Origin: a virus
Lineage: Duplodnaviria; Heunggongvirae; Uroviricota; Caudoviricetes
Virus record (IMG/VR): IMGVR_UViG_3300033463_000001
Coordinates: 32,001 to 96,000 of that record
Reading direction: 5' to 3' (one strand)
Length of the DNA stretch: 64,000 nucleotides
The notes below the pieces were generated by a model. The model did not search any database. It saw only the letters and a list, made by a program, of their open reading frames with translations, and was not told the origin of the DNA. Shown in pieces: positions 16,495-26,324 of this stretch. Position numbers and translations under genes: made by a program. The first letter of the stretch is position 1. Every line of letters begins with the position of its first letter.

Positions 16495-16914
16495 TTATTG
16501 TTCAACATCCGGTACATCAATCTCCTGAATCTGGATGAGCGGACCTTGCTCCTTACAGGTGAGTGTTTCACCCTGATAGACATTCCACTTATCCTTTGGT
16601 CTCTGGCAGGCTTTGAAGTGAAGTATCTGGCGGTAGATTCCATAACTCATGGCGATGGCTCTACGCTGCGCCTCTACCTTACACGAGCCTCCGTTCCAAC
16701 TATAGGAAGCATGCGGTGGTAGGTCTGGCACGACAATCGGTGGTATCTTCTCCTCCAGGGTGTCTTGCAGTTGTCTGCAACGCTCTGGGTGTTCCAATGT
16801 CCATGCTGCGTGGTTCATTCCGCATTGACCGGCGAGGAATCTGCCCCAATCCTCAACAGCGTCTGCTATCAGGTTGAGTTGCTCCTCCGTACAGGTGATG
16901 GTGTATTTCTTCAT
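16495..16914 (-). CDS. hypothetical phage protein
   Basis: 139-aa ORF. Confidence 0.8.
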   Translation of the reverse strand: MKKYTITCTEEQLNLIADAVEDWGRFLAGQCGMNHAAWTLEHPERCRQLQDTLEEKIPPIVVPDLPPHASYSWNGGSCKVEAQRRAIAMSYGIYRQILHFKACQRPKDKWNVYQGETLTCKEQGPLIQIQEIDVPDVEQ

Positions 16915-16926
16915 AATCGCTGTGTG

Positions 16927-17130
16927 TTATTCGGTTATTACTTCGACATGTACAATCTGGAAGTTGTGTCCAAATGGATGTGCTGTCTTCTGTTCTTCGA
17001 TGTGATTGGCTGCGGCTTCCGGTGAAGCGTAGAACACATTACAGGTTGCCGTCTCTTGTGTGTTGTAGTCACCCATCAGTCCTCCCTCGTGCCATTCGTC
17101 GTAGTCGTATTGTATTTGATAGATTTTCAT
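16927..17130 (-). CDS. hypothetical protein
   Basis: operon packing; VFYASPEAA motif. Confidence 0.7.
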   Translation of the reverse strand: MKIYQIQYDYDEWHEGGLMGDYNTQETATCNVFYASPEAAANHIEEQKTAHPFGHNFQIVHVEVITE

Positions 17131-17174
17131 AGTGTTTGTACTTAATTTAGTACACCCGATTGCGGTGGAGAGGA

Positions 17175-18080
17175 TTAGTTCCTCTCCGTCACAATATATC
17201 GGAAGTGCGGTGTTACAAGAATGCTATCCTCTGCCGCCCAGATAAGTCTGGCGTAGATTCTGCGCTTACCACCATCGGTTATTGTCACCTCGAAGCCCTT
17301 GCCGGTGCACTCTGGGTTAGTCACCTGAATGGCTGATTGGTTGAGACCCATCTTCGAGCACTTGGTGGTGAGCGTCTTTATGGAAGTGTCCCAGTATCGT
17401 TCGAGTTCTTCCATCACGTGCTGGTAGATGTATTCTGTCCACGATGGGTAGCGCAGGCACTCATGTCCGAGCATTCGTCTCAACTCACCCTGCTCGTTCT
17501 CGATAACCTTGACGCGTTGGCGTGTTAGGATGTCGTTGTAGTTGTAAACCCCAATCTCTCTACGCTCTGCGGTTAACTCATCCAATTTCTTTTTCCAAGC
17601 CGCCTTGTGGTTCTGGTAGTGGAAGAATAGTTTGGTGTGATACTCAACCATCTTGTTGATGTACGCGTCATGGAACTGACCGAATGCTTGCCGGAATGCG
17701 TCTTCCAAATTATTGTCATATGCTTTAGTCGCAGCCTGCATTGCTCCCTGAACGCGAGCCTTCTCTTGTTCAAGCAATTCCTTCTCTCGCTGGAGATAGT
17801 TGATGTCACGCTGCGAGGACTGCTGCATTTCGATTGCGGAGTGCAGGCTGAACACCTTATCCATGTTCGTGGATGGGTATTTAAACCCAAGTTTGTCACA
17901 TAGAGTATAAGGGTTGGTATTGCCGATGATTTCCTCCGTCAAGTCCTCAAAGCCACACTTGTGGAGATAGGCGATACCCTTTGCGATTGTAGCGGCTCGC
18001 TTTTCCATCGTGGCACGTTTCTTCTCAATCGCTGTGTCCTTTGACTGAATGCGCTTATCCAATGTTTCAATGTTAACCAT
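17175..18080 (-). CDS. hypothetical coiled-coil phage protein
   Basis: 301-aa ORF, C-terminal ARLIWAAEDS...PHFRYIVT. Confidence 0.85.
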   Translation of the reverse strand: MVNIETLDKRIQSKDTAIEKKRATMEKRAATIAKGIAYLHKCGFEDLTEEIIGNTNPYTLCDKLGFKYPSTNMDKVFSLHSAIEMQQSSQRDINYLQREKELLEQEKARVQGAMQAATKAYDNNLEDAFRQAFGQFHDAYINKMVEYHTKLFFHYQNHKAAWKKKLDELTAERREIGVYNYNDILTRQRVKVIENEQGELRRMLGHECLRYPSWTEYIYQHVMEELERYWDTSIKTLTTKCSKMGLNQSAIQVTNPECTGKGFEVTITDGGKRRIYARLIWAAEDSILVTPHFRYIVTERN

Positions 18081-18091
18081 AGCCGTAGGGA

Positions 18092-18355
18092 TTATAGTTG
18101 GTTCAACGTTACTTTCTCAATCTTGCCATCGTAGATGTCCATCATGTCCGTTTCCAAGTGGAAACTATCACATTCGGTGTAGTACTCATACGTACCAAGT
18201 TCTTTGCGACCGATATAGTCGCATGTCTTGTGGAAGAGTGCGTCAAGGCATTCGCCGGCGAGTTTCTTGTTATCGAAGACACCAATCGTCTTGCTGGACG
18301 GAATACCATCGTTCTCGCGCTTTAGAAATGATACTACAAACATTACGTTTCTCAT
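18092..18355 (-). CDS. hypothetical protein
   Basis: start reassigned to MRNV after pseudoknot; IGVFDNKKLA motif. Confidence 0.75.
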   Translation of the reverse strand: MRNVMFVVSFLKRENDGIPSSKTIGVFDNKKLAGECLDALFHKTCDYIGRKELGTYEYYTECDSFHLETDMMDIYDGKIEKVTLNQL

Positions 18356-18407
18356 AATTAAAAATCGGTTGATATGCCGCCACCGAAAGGCTTTAAGTGA
18401 AATACGC

Positions 18408-18497
18408 TGCAAAGGTAAGTAAAAAAAATTGGAATATGCAAATTTTTCGAGGAAAAAGTGCAGAAAATCTCAATTTTGCCAACTCTACTTTACAATT
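18408..18497 (-). promoter_or_regulatory. early cassette head: promoter + palindrome
   Basis: offset 66. Confidence 0.85.
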
Positions 18498-18854
18498 ACA
18501 CCCCTATATGGTCAAGGAAATCATTGATTTCGTACAATGCCGCACCAAGTGTAGAGTGCGTGTGTATCTCCAGAGCAATCACGAAGTTTGCCTGCTCGTG
18601 GCTCATATCAAATGTTTCTATAAGACGATTATAAGTATCGTCGCGAAATTTTGCTAATTCTAACTCACTCATAGGTTGAAGTTATTGGCGGTTGTGTTTC
18701 TTGCGAGCCTTGCGTGCTTTTGCCCGCTTAAATTCTTCACTCATCGCTGTACGCGAACGCATTTTGTCTGGAGTGTTCACAACGAGTGTCTCACTCTTCT
18801 TCTCACCAACTCGATTGATGAGGTCATTGAAAGCATGTAATAACTGCATATCGT

Positions 18855-19034
18855 TTACTTTTGTTGGTTCTTAACTTGCTTGGGCTTGATAATTCTGTAT
18901 GCCCACGCATATCCGTTGTCTATCATAAAGCGAGCGTGCTCCAGAGCCTGACGCTTGCTTGGGAATGTCTCCGGTGCATAGACGTGACCCCACTGGTTAT
19001 TGAGGACTATTGTTGTCTCGATTGCTTTTGCCAT
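18855..19034 (-). CDS. hypothetical protein
   Basis: MAKAIET..., operon packing. Confidence 0.65.
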   Translation of the reverse strand: MAKAIETTIVLNNQWGHVYAPETFPSKRQALEHARFMIDNGYAWAYRIIKPKQVKNQQK

Positions 19035-19036
19035 AG

Positions 19037-19345
19037 TTATTCCTCCGATTTTAGAAGTGGAACAGGAAACCAATAATCATCACCGGTCATTCGCTCCAAG
19101 TCTGTTTTTGAAACATATCTGTGGTCGCGATAGTTATTACCACCGGTTCTGCACCAATAGAAGATTTCATCACCCTCTTCCGGCATGCGCTTGGAACACT
19201 TAATCCATACGTCACTACATTGACTGAATGCGAAGTCTGCCATGCGCAGAAGTGCGTCCATTAGATTGGTGTTATTATTGTGGCGGAAATCCCATGCGAT
19301 GAGTGCTGCATGTTGCACAAACACGTTGCGTTGTTCTTCTGTCAT
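19037..19345 (-). CDS. DUF551-like phage protein
   Basis: WIKCSKRMPEEG...YWFPVP. Confidence 0.6.
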   Translation of the reverse strand: MTEEQRNVFVQHAALIAWDFRHNNNTNLMDALLRMADFAFSQCSDVWIKCSKRMPEEGDEIFYWCRTGGNNYRDHRYVSKTDLERMTGDDYWFPVPLLKSEE

Positions 19346-19347
19346 AA

Positions 19348-19740
19348 TCAGTCCTCCAAAATATAGGTTAAACATTTCTTGATACCTACGAGCAATGCTG
19401 CGTCATGCTCTTTTTGCAATGTGAAACTATCTGCTACAAGGCGGACGTTTCCCTTTTCATCGGTGCGCCAAAGGCCAGGAATATATCCATGCGGCAGTTG
19501 AACCACGTTAATGGAAATATCGTACCCATGTACATCACGTAGCCACTTGTGCGCTACTGCGAGTGTGGGAGCGGAAACCTCATTAGTTGCATTCCAATTC
19601 GACATCAGTAGGCGATTGCAGAGTTCGTCATTACCATTGATACGACAAAAACTATACTGACACTCCCAATTAAAACCAGCCTGCTTTAGCATTTGAGCCA
19701 CTTCAAGGCTTACATACATTTCGTGAAAAATCTCTTTCAT
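19348..19740 (-). CDS. hypothetical phage protein
   Basis: YVSLEVAQMLKQAGF...SAPTLAVAHKWLR pattern. Confidence 0.8.
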   Translation of the reverse strand: MKEIFHEMYVSLEVAQMLKQAGFNWECQYSFCRINGNDELCNRLLMSNWNATNEVSAPTLAVAHKWLRDVHGYDISINVVQLPHGYIPGLWRTDEKGNVRLVADSFTLQKEHDAALLVGIKKCLTYILED

Positions 19741-19763
19741 AATCGTGTGTTGGTAAATTCGAC

Positions 19764-19852
19764 TGCAAAGATAAGTAAAATTTTTGAATTATACAAATTT
19801 TTCACGAAAAATCGTGCAAAAAAGTTTATTTTGCAAAGTCCACTTTACAAAA
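19764..19852 (-). promoter_or_regulatory. early cassette head: promoter + palindrome
   Basis: offset 65. Confidence 0.85.
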
Positions 19853-20177
19853 CGTACCCATTTGTGTCGTGATATGCGAGTTTCTCACCAGCTGCGATGG
19901 TGCGAGCATAGAGACGTTGGTAGTCCAGAACACACTCAATAGCGGGGATAGAAGCGTCCTTAACACCGGTGAGTAGTAACTTCACAGAGTTCTCTTCATA
20001 GGTGACACCGGTCAGTTCAACGGCACAACCGGCATGCAGGACAATCATCGGCTCAATGGCGAGTTGCTTGATGTTGTTCTTCCGGAGTACCTGAACCAAG
20101 TGCTCTGTATAAATCTGTAACGGACGAAGAGACGCTTGCTCTATCTCGCGTTGGTATGCTTGTTCTTGTTTCGTCAT
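19845..20177 (-). CDS. hypothetical protein
   Basis: ATGA overlap. Confidence 0.75.
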   Translation of the reverse strand: MTKQEQAYQREIEQASLRPLQIYTEHLVQVLRKNNIKQLAIEPMIVLHAGCAVELTGVTYEENSVKLLLTGVKDASIPAIECVLDYQRLYARTIAAGEKLAYHDTNGYVL

Positions 20178-20437
20178 AGTGTTTCTTCAAGTTTTTTAAT
20201 CTCATCTGTCAACTTATTGGCAATGTCACGAATACCGGTGATGCGCCGGTTGGCTGCGGCTAAATCGTACAACTCATCCACGATGGACTTCACCGGCGCG
20301 AACTGCCTATCCCTCTTGGACTTATTATATCGCTTACCATCAGCGTTCCGATAGCACCGGCGCGTTGGGTCTCCAAACTCTTCAAAGTAGAGACATGTTT
20401 GACCCTTGTATGGTATTCTGTTTCTATTGCCCTGCAT
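20174..20437 (-). CDS. hypothetical protein
   Basis: start reassigned to MQGN. Confidence 0.65.
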   Translation of the reverse strand: MQGNRNRIPYKGQTCLYFEEFGDPTRRCYRNADGKRYNKSKRDRQFAPVKSIVDELYDLAAANRRITGIRDIANKLTDEIKKLEETL

Positions 20438-20609
20438 GTACACCTCCGATGTAATTACGTTCTGTCTTGCGTACGTCACTATACTTGGCTTGTGCTGCTG
20501 TCTGGATAACGCGCGGCTTTTCGCCGGTATCGGCAACGTGCCATTTCTTTGTCTCGTCTGTGACACCATCGTTCATTGCGTCACAAATAATCTGTCCTAA
20601 CAATCCCAT
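20424..20609 (-). CDS. hypothetical protein
   Basis: follows TATATTAG motif. Confidence 0.6.
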   Translation of the reverse strand: MGLLGQIICDAMNDGVTDETKKWHVADTGEKPRVIQTAAQAKYSDVRKTERNYIGGVHAGQ

Positions 20610-20663
20610 ATCTGTGAGTGTTTTAGTTATTACTAATATAGGGTTTTACCCCCTCTTTTTCAA

Positions 20664-21110
20664 CTAATAGAGGAAGTAAAACGCACCTGCCGCAATACCT
20701 TTTCCGATATTGGTATAGTTCTCGTCCATGAGTTGCTCTTCGGTGAGTATTTGCTCGGTATCGTCAATCTCGTTAATGACGAAGAATGTGTTGTCCACCG
20801 AGAAGTAGGTCATTACCTTGTCGGAGCGCATGCAACCGCCTACGATAAGGAAGAACTCATGGTTCTCATCATCACCGGATAAGATGTCTTTGAGAAGTTG
20901 AATACTATCCACCTTGAATGGGGTCTTCACTTCCTCAATCTCAAATGACTGAACACACCAGCCGTACTTGTTGGAGAGGTAGTCTGCTCCGTCCATCTGC
21001 ACGTCCTCAATGCGTGCGTTATCATCTACCGGCATGATTGCGCTCTCCGGCAGGTTTGCATTCTCACCATCAGTGTCCCATACGATGTTGACTAATTTGA
21101 AAAGTTTCAT
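20664..21110 (-). CDS. hypothetical acidic protein
   Basis: NIVWDTDGE...LP...DYLSNKYGWCV; preceded by pseudoknot. Confidence 0.8.
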   Translation of the reverse strand: MKLFKLVNIVWDTDGENANLPESAIMPVDDNARIEDVQMDGADYLSNKYGWCVQSFEIEEVKTPFKVDSIQLLKDILSGDDENHEFFLIVGGCMRSDKVMTYFSVDNTFFVINEIDDTEQILTEEQLMDENYTNIGKGIAAGAFYFLY

Positions 21111-21153
21111 AATTAAAAATCGGTTTGCCTATACACCGAAAGGTTTTAGAAAA

Positions 21154-21357
21154 TTACTTAAAACTCATCTTTGCCACACTATCCAGCGCGTTCAGGACGT
21201 TCATGTGGTAGTCGTAGTCTGTGATGTAAAACTTGTGTATTGGAAGTTTGCTTGTGGAAGTCTTGTAAACCTCACACAATACTCGGTCTTCCTCAACGTA
21301 CTTCAACTCGATATACACGACCTTGCGTGTCTTATCGTAAGCGTGTATGCGTGCCAT
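21154..21357 (-). CDS. hypothetical protein
   Basis: operon packing. Confidence 0.7.
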   Translation of the reverse strand: MARIHAYDKTRKVVYIELKYVEEDRVLCEVYKTSTSKLPIHKFYITDYDYHMNVLNALDSVAKMSFK

Positions 21358-21361
21358 ATCC

Positions 21362-21781
21362 TTATTTGTTATTCTCGGATAAACGTGTATAGATGTCAGT
21401 CATAATGCGCTCATACGCAAAGAGGTCAGCGAACGCATGTGGGTGAGCCATAGCACTTTCAAAGATTTCGTCTTTGAGACCCATGAACATTTTCTCGATG
21501 TTATCCACCTCTTGCGGATATTCGAAATTGTTTCCGCCAAGCACATAGCGCGTGCCATTGCACAAGTAGCGGTTATGGAAATCAACTGCGGTAGAGATAC
21601 CATAGCGGTCAACGAGAGCCTTGAAGTCATCTTTGTCGGTGATGTCCAAGACTTGTTCTCCGTCCTGCGCACCTCTATCCAACTCCCAGCGGTTGATGAT
21701 TGCTTTCTTATCTGCACCAAAGAATTGGTTTCCGAAGAAGATACGCTTGAAGTCTTCCATAGTTATTTTTACGTCTTTCAT
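21362..21781 (-). CDS. hypothetical protein
   Basis: start reassigned to MKDV after pseudoknot. Confidence 0.8.
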   Translation of the reverse strand: MKDVKITMEDFKRIFFGNQFFGADKKAIINRWELDRGAQDGEQVLDITDKDDFKALVDRYGISTAVDFHNRYLCNGTRYVLGGNNFEYPQEVDNIEKMFMGLKDEIFESAMAHPHAFADLFAYERIMTDIYTRLSENNK

Positions 21782-21837
21782 AACACAAATCCATTGCCTA
21801 TACATGGAGAGGTTTTTAGTGGGTTTTCAAATTCGGC

Positions 21838-21926
21838 TGCAAAGGTAAGTAAAATTTTTGAATTATGCAAATTTTTTGAAAGAAAAATGCAAAATATCTT
21901 CATTTTGTAAACTCTACTTTGCAAAA
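21838..21926 (-). promoter_or_regulatory. early cassette head: promoter + palindrome
   Basis: offset 65. Confidence 0.85.
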
Positions 21927-21935
21927 TAGGGGCGT

Positions 21936-22157
21936 TTATGACCTACACACCTCCAGATTCACCTCATACTGCTCCGGTGATGATGTAGCCCATTGACGGA
22001 CTGCAATCTCTTGTTTCCTTGCGCTGGCTACGTATTTGAACCGGTTTGCGTCCTCTATTTTGTCAACGGCATGGATGTGTCCATGATGGTCGATTGAGAC
22101 GTATTTCTTGGTCTGGTCAGCACCGGTGAGTGACAGAACATACGATAGTGTCTTCAT
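21936..22157 (-). CDS. hypothetical protein
   Basis: ORF within cassette. Confidence 0.7.
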   Translation of the reverse strand: MKTLSYVLSLTGADQTKKYVSIDHHGHIHAVDKIEDANRFKYVASARKQEIAVRQWATSSPEQYEVNLEVCRS

Positions 22158-22271
22158 AAGCGTTGTGTGTTTTCTGTTCGCGAACGGAGAACGTTTTATT
22201 GTTATTACCTTATTTTCAGTTAGTCATACAATCTGGATTACATATCCAGACCATCCAATTTCAAATCTGAC

Positions 22272-22349
22272 TACAAAGATAAGTAAAATTTTTGAATTAT
22301 GCAAATCTTTTGGCGGAAAAATTTATTTTGCTAAGTGGACTTTACAAAA
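22272..22349 (-). promoter_or_regulatory. early cassette head: promoter + palindrome (one helical turn closer)
   Basis: offset 54. Confidence 0.8.
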
Positions 22350-22415
22350 AAAGCACCTACTCTCACGAGCCGGTGCAATTAAATTTTATTAAACTTTAAA
22401 TATGTAAAATAACAT

Positions 22416-22922
22416 TTACCGCTGCTCAACGAGCATACGGATTTTTCTTGTGTACGATTTATCGGCAGCGTACGGCAGTTCCTCCAAGAACTTGATGTAG
22501 TCTCCGCCGGTGTACTTATACTGCACTTTGTTCTTATACCCTCGCAGACAATCAACCCAGTTACTGAATGAATAATAGGTCTTATTGTACGAATCATATA
22601 ACCCAAGCATGTTGTTCTTCTGTTTGAACACAGAACTTGTGAAGTTACCACTTTCAAGGCGAGCCTGTGCATAGACAATCTCTGGGTGTTCAATATCCAA
22701 CTGCTTGCAGACATAGTGGAAGTTGTCCTTGTTCAACGCAAGCGTGTCCAAGATTGTGTCGGGGTAAGCCGGCGGCACGATGTAGATTGTTGTCGTGTCT
22801 GTGGTCTGTTGAACCTCCCAAGCCGGTCGGGTGGTCATGGAATAAGCAGAAATAAATGTTACTGCCATTGCTACGAGTAGAATTACCTCTACCACGCGAA
22901 ATGTGAATTTCTCTTTTGCCAT
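22416..22922 (-). CDS. glucosaminidase-domain (GH73-like) peptidoglycan hydrolase with N-terminal TM
   Basis: AQARLESG, KNNMLGL, YAADKSY motifs. Confidence 0.85.
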   Translation of the reverse strand: MAKEKFTFRVVEVILLVAMAVTFISAYSMTTRPAWEVQQTTDTTTIYIVPPAYPDTILDTLALNKDNFHYVCKQLDIEHPEIVYAQARLESGNFTSSVFKQKNNMLGLYDSYNKTYYSFSNWVDCLRGYKNKVQYKYTGGDYIKFLEELPYAADKSYTRKIRMLVEQR

Positions 22923-22929
22923 AGGTGTA

Positions 22930-23574
22930 CTACATTTGAGTTTTACTATATTCGATGAGTAGTTCCTCGACTTCCCTCATCATCACGCTCTCGTCCTCGT
23001 TGTCGTTAACAGAACCGATGAGCAAGTCGTAGCGTTCTACTTTCTCGTTTGATTTAACATATACGTCAAAGTAGCCTCCGTACCCCTCATCGCGATATAC
23101 GATACTAACTTTGCCGTATTGGGTCTCAACGATGTTATCGTCTGTTTCGTTATAGTCCTCAACAGCCTCCTTTGCCTCTTCAGCGGACATGACGTGCAGG
23201 ACGTAGCCGTTATCCTCCATGTGCTTTTTGAGTTTGGCATACTCGTCCGGAGTTGCCTCCCTGCTCTTATCGTAGATGTCAGCGAAGTCGCAGTTGAACT
23301 GACCCTTTGCCAATGTGTAAGCCGGATATTGGTCGTTCTCATCTGGTAGGTAGCCAGAGAAAAGGGCGATAACCTCACCAGAACCGGTGACGCGGAATGC
23401 AACGTCTTCTGCTGCGATGTCAGCCTCAGCGTGCTCACCCAGCATTACCATGCTCTCCAGACCAATTTTCTTAGACTGCTGCATTACCTGCTGGACGGCT
23501 GTGGCTTTGGTGTCTGCCTCAACGATGGTGAGGAATGCCATATCTCTATGGAGTGTAACTTTGTATTTTGCCAT
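22930..23574 (-). CDS. hypothetical multidomain phage protein
   Basis: N-terminal VEADTKATA domain; GQ...SREATPDEY..L...GY domain. Confidence 0.8.
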   Translation of the reverse strand: MAKYKVTLHRDMAFLTIVEADTKATAVQQVMQQSKKIGLESMVMLGEHAEADIAAEDVAFRVTGSGEVIALFSGYLPDENDQYPAYTLAKGQFNCDFADIYDKSREATPDEYAKLKKHMEDNGYVLHVMSAEEAKEAVEDYNETDDNIVETQYGKVSIVYRDEGYGGYFDVYVKSNEKVERYDLLIGSVNDNEDESVMMREVEELLIEYSKTQM

Positions 23575-23592
23575 TGCTATGTTAATTTCTAT

Positions 23593-24225
23593 TTACTTGT
23601 CAACCACGTACAGGTCACGACAGGCGGAATATGCCATGTACAGAAGTGCCCAGTCGAGGTCAGCCTCAATACTTTCAACATAGAATGTGTGCTCGCCATT
23701 TTCACCAACTTTACGCACAATAAATTCTGCGTCATAGATGTTGAAGTGGAAACGCGGTCGCATGCTGCTATTTTCTGGACGTCTCTTGATTTGAGCAAGG
23801 TGATACTCAAAGTCCGTTCCGTTATCCTCAAAGCACTTGCACCATCCGGTGTCTTCTTTTGGGGTGAAGACTTTCATGTGCTTATTGGCGGTGCTTATCT
23901 CACCATACTTATCGCAGACGTACATGATGATGGTGAGCATTGTACCCTCATCGTAGGCACAGATGTTGATTGCCTGCTGCCCCATAGGGTCAACAAAGAC
24001 AACTCCGTTTCCATATACCTCGCGACCATCAATGATGTCCACGTACTTGCGAGCGTCACAGCCACCAAAGAGGTTATATCGCTCTATCTCTTCCTCGACA
24101 CGGCGAGCATGTTCCTCAATGGTCTGCGCCAGCAATTCCGGATTATTGTCTATCACCGCAACAACCTTGAAGTGGTCAGCCTGCGTGTGGGTGTGATAGT
24201 CTATGGCTACAATACACTTTTTCAT
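23593..24225 (-). CDS. hypothetical protein
   Basis: 210-aa ORF. Confidence 0.8.
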   Translation of the reverse strand: MKKCIVAIDYHTHTQADHFKVVAVIDNNPELLAQTIEEHARRVEEEIERYNLFGGCDARKYVDIIDGREVYGNGVVFVDPMGQQAINICAYDEGTMLTIIMYVCDKYGEISTANKHMKVFTPKEDTGWCKCFEDNGTDFEYHLAQIKRRPENSSMRPRFHFNIYDAEFIVRKVGENGEHTFYVESIEADLDWALLYMAYSACRDLYVVDK

Positions 24226-24533
24226 GCCGATAATTCAGTTGTATCGTCATAACCCTCTACCTGAACGTTCTCTCCGGTGTACGGGTCGAACATTTCGTTT
24301 CCGAGACTTCCTAAAGCCTCGCTCTCTACTGCGAACAAGCCTCTGTCTTTGGAGTAAGCCACTTCAAGGACGAACGGAGTGGTTGAGATAACACGGCGAG
24401 CGTAGTCCTCATCCACGCCACTTAACATAAGGCTTTCAACTGCACGCTTGAATGCAAACGGATGTTTTACCTCATCGAGGAATACCTCTATTATCTCCGC
24501 TGGTTCGTGGAAAATGGTGATGTCTTCGTTCAT
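24222..24533 (-). CDS. hypothetical acidic protein
   Basis: ATGA overlaps. Confidence 0.8.
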   Translation of the reverse strand: MNEDITIFHEPAEIIEVFLDEVKHPFAFKRAVESLMLSGVDEDYARRVISTTPFVLEVAYSKDRGLFAVESEALGSLGNEMFDPYTGENVQVEGYDDTTELSA

Positions 24534-25096
24534 AGCAAACCTCCCTCTTTTAAGCGTTTCTCCAGTACCTCATCGCTATCCGTTTGGATATTGCCGTAGA
24601 TAGTGCCGATGTAATCATCGTAGTTGTCACCAATATACGCGTCAATCGTTCCCGAATTGGTGTCGCAGTCGTACGTTTGCCGCAGCATGATTTCACCATC
24701 GCAGGTATCAAGAATGCGGTGCTCGTCTTTGGTGTCGTGATTGCGCAGGAGCGCAGTCTCTATTGCGTAGCAGTTCTCATCGAACGCAGGGCAATAGTAT
24801 GGGTAGTCGATGTCGGTGTGGTGCTCATAGCATACGTCCTCACCCTGAAAATAGCGGTCGCGAGCAATTTTATAGATGTCTTGGTTGTTGAAGTTACAAA
24901 CCTCACCAGCCACACCTACGTCCTCGCAGTCACGTTCAAGGGCAACGGCAACATTCACGTTGAGTTCATCCCCGGAGAAGTGTACCATGCCGGACTTCTT
25001 ATCACCGATAGAAACGATTTTACCTACCGCTTGTTGGTAGTCTTCGGTAGCGACATATACGCGCTCACCAATGGAAAGATTTCGTGCTGACAACAT
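24530..25096 (-). CDS. hypothetical acidic protein
   Basis: DYPYYCPAFDENCY; preceded by pseudoknot. Confidence 0.8.
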   Translation of the reverse strand: MLSARNLSIGERVYVATEDYQQAVGKIVSIGDKKSGMVHFSGDELNVNVAVALERDCEDVGVAGEVCNFNNQDIYKIARDRYFQGEDVCYEHHTDIDYPYYCPAFDENCYAIETALLRNHDTKDEHRILDTCDGEIMLRQTYDCDTNSGTIDAYIGDNYDDYIGTIYGNIQTDSDEVLEKRLKEGGLL

Positions 25097-25149
25097 AGTC
25101 AAAAATCGGTTGACCTATACCCCGAAAGGTTCTAATTGTTAAAACTGGG

Positions 25150-25238
25150 TGCAAAGGTAAGTAAAATTTCTGACATTTCCAAATTTTTTGAAAGAAAAAT
25201 GTCAAAAATCTCGTTTTTGTAAACTCTACTTTGCAAAA
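25150..25238 (-). promoter_or_regulatory. early cassette head: promoter + palindrome
   Basis: offset 65. Confidence 0.85.
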
Positions 25239-25621
25239 TTGCTCTTTGGGTGGCGCATGATGATGTGCAGGACTTGGTTTTGGTGCTTGCGGCTATGCAG
25301 CATTCGACTGAACTTCACGTAGTCCATGCTGGATAGCGAATACTCTTTGTTGTTGTACACAAGCACAGCCCCTTTGTCGCGATGCGTATGGAAGATGATG
25401 TTGTCCAGCATGTGAACAATCTTACCATCGTTATAGAGCGATACACATACATTCTCAACTTCCGGCTTGCCAACCCCACACTCGCGCAGTTTGGTTAGGA
25501 TTTCCTCTTTGGTAAGCCTGCCGCCATTCCTGACGAAGAACTTCTCGTCGAGTGCGTCTTCCATAGCCAAGAACTGCTGACGAGTGTATTTGACCGGAGT
25601 GGTCGTGTGGTTGTTTCCCAT
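25226..25621 (-). CDS. hypothetical protein
   Basis: stop lies within palindrome. Confidence 0.75.
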   Translation of the reverse strand: MGNNHTTTPVKYTRQQFLAMEDALDEKFFVRNGGRLTKEEILTKLRECGVGKPEVENVCVSLYNDGKIVHMLDNIIFHTHRDKGAVLVYNNKEYSLSSMDYVKFSRMLHSRKHQNQVLHIIMRHPKSNFAK

Positions 25622-25632
25622 AGCCGTAGAAG

Positions 25633-26139
25633 TTAGAGCGGGTGCGTTGCGAGGTACTTATCCAACACCATGAACTTCTCATCGGAGAACAAGTCCAGCC
25701 GGATTTGGTTAAGCGGATTGTCCTTGCGCAATAGAATGAGGTCTCCAATCCAATGACCACCATCGGTGTTGGTTGCGCAAGTGTGACGTTTCGCGTTGCC
25801 GTTCTCGTCCAGCACTACCAGCCAATTACAACGCTCTATGTGGCTCATTCTGCGCAGTATATTGCGCTGGTCGGAAGAGAACTCAAAGTCCTTATCCGTT
25901 ATGAGCGTGCCGACCGGAGACGCTTCTTGGATAAACCAACCCATTTGGTTTCCGTTGAACGATACTGCTGCGCTCTTCTCGTCCATGTGGAATATGGACT
26001 TGTGCATGAGCGCGTTGTAACGCACTTCCTCTTCCATGATACGTTGAAGTGTCTGCAAGCAGGTTGCGGTCTTAACGTGTTTGATACGTCCGTTGATTGT
26101 AACGACCATTGTGTAGGTCTCTGCGAGAATTGCTCCCAT
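25633..26139 (-). CDS. hypothetical protein
   Basis: preceded by pseudoknot. Confidence 0.8.
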   Translation of the reverse strand: MGAILAETYTMVVTINGRIKHVKTATCLQTLQRIMEEEVRYNALMHKSIFHMDEKSAAVSFNGNQMGWFIQEASPVGTLITDKDFEFSSDQRNILRRMSHIERCNWLVVLDENGNAKRHTCATNTDGGHWIGDLILLRKDNPLNQIRLDLFSDEKFMVLDKYLATHPL

Positions 26140-26229
26140 TGTGACAAATCGGTTATGCGTCCTACCAACCGAAAAGGGTAAAATTGGTTACTTGCTGCGG
26201 CTTAGGTTCACTCCCAATCCGAAAGCGAG

Positions 26230-26318
26230 TGCAAAGGTAAGTAAAAATTTTGAATTATGCAAGTTTTTTGAGAAAAAAATGCGAAAAAAGTGCATTTTGC
26301 AAAGTTGACTTAGCAAAA
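26230..26318 (-). promoter_or_regulatory. early cassette head: promoter + palindrome
   Basis: offset 65. Confidence 0.85.
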
Positions 26319-26324
26319 CCGGAG

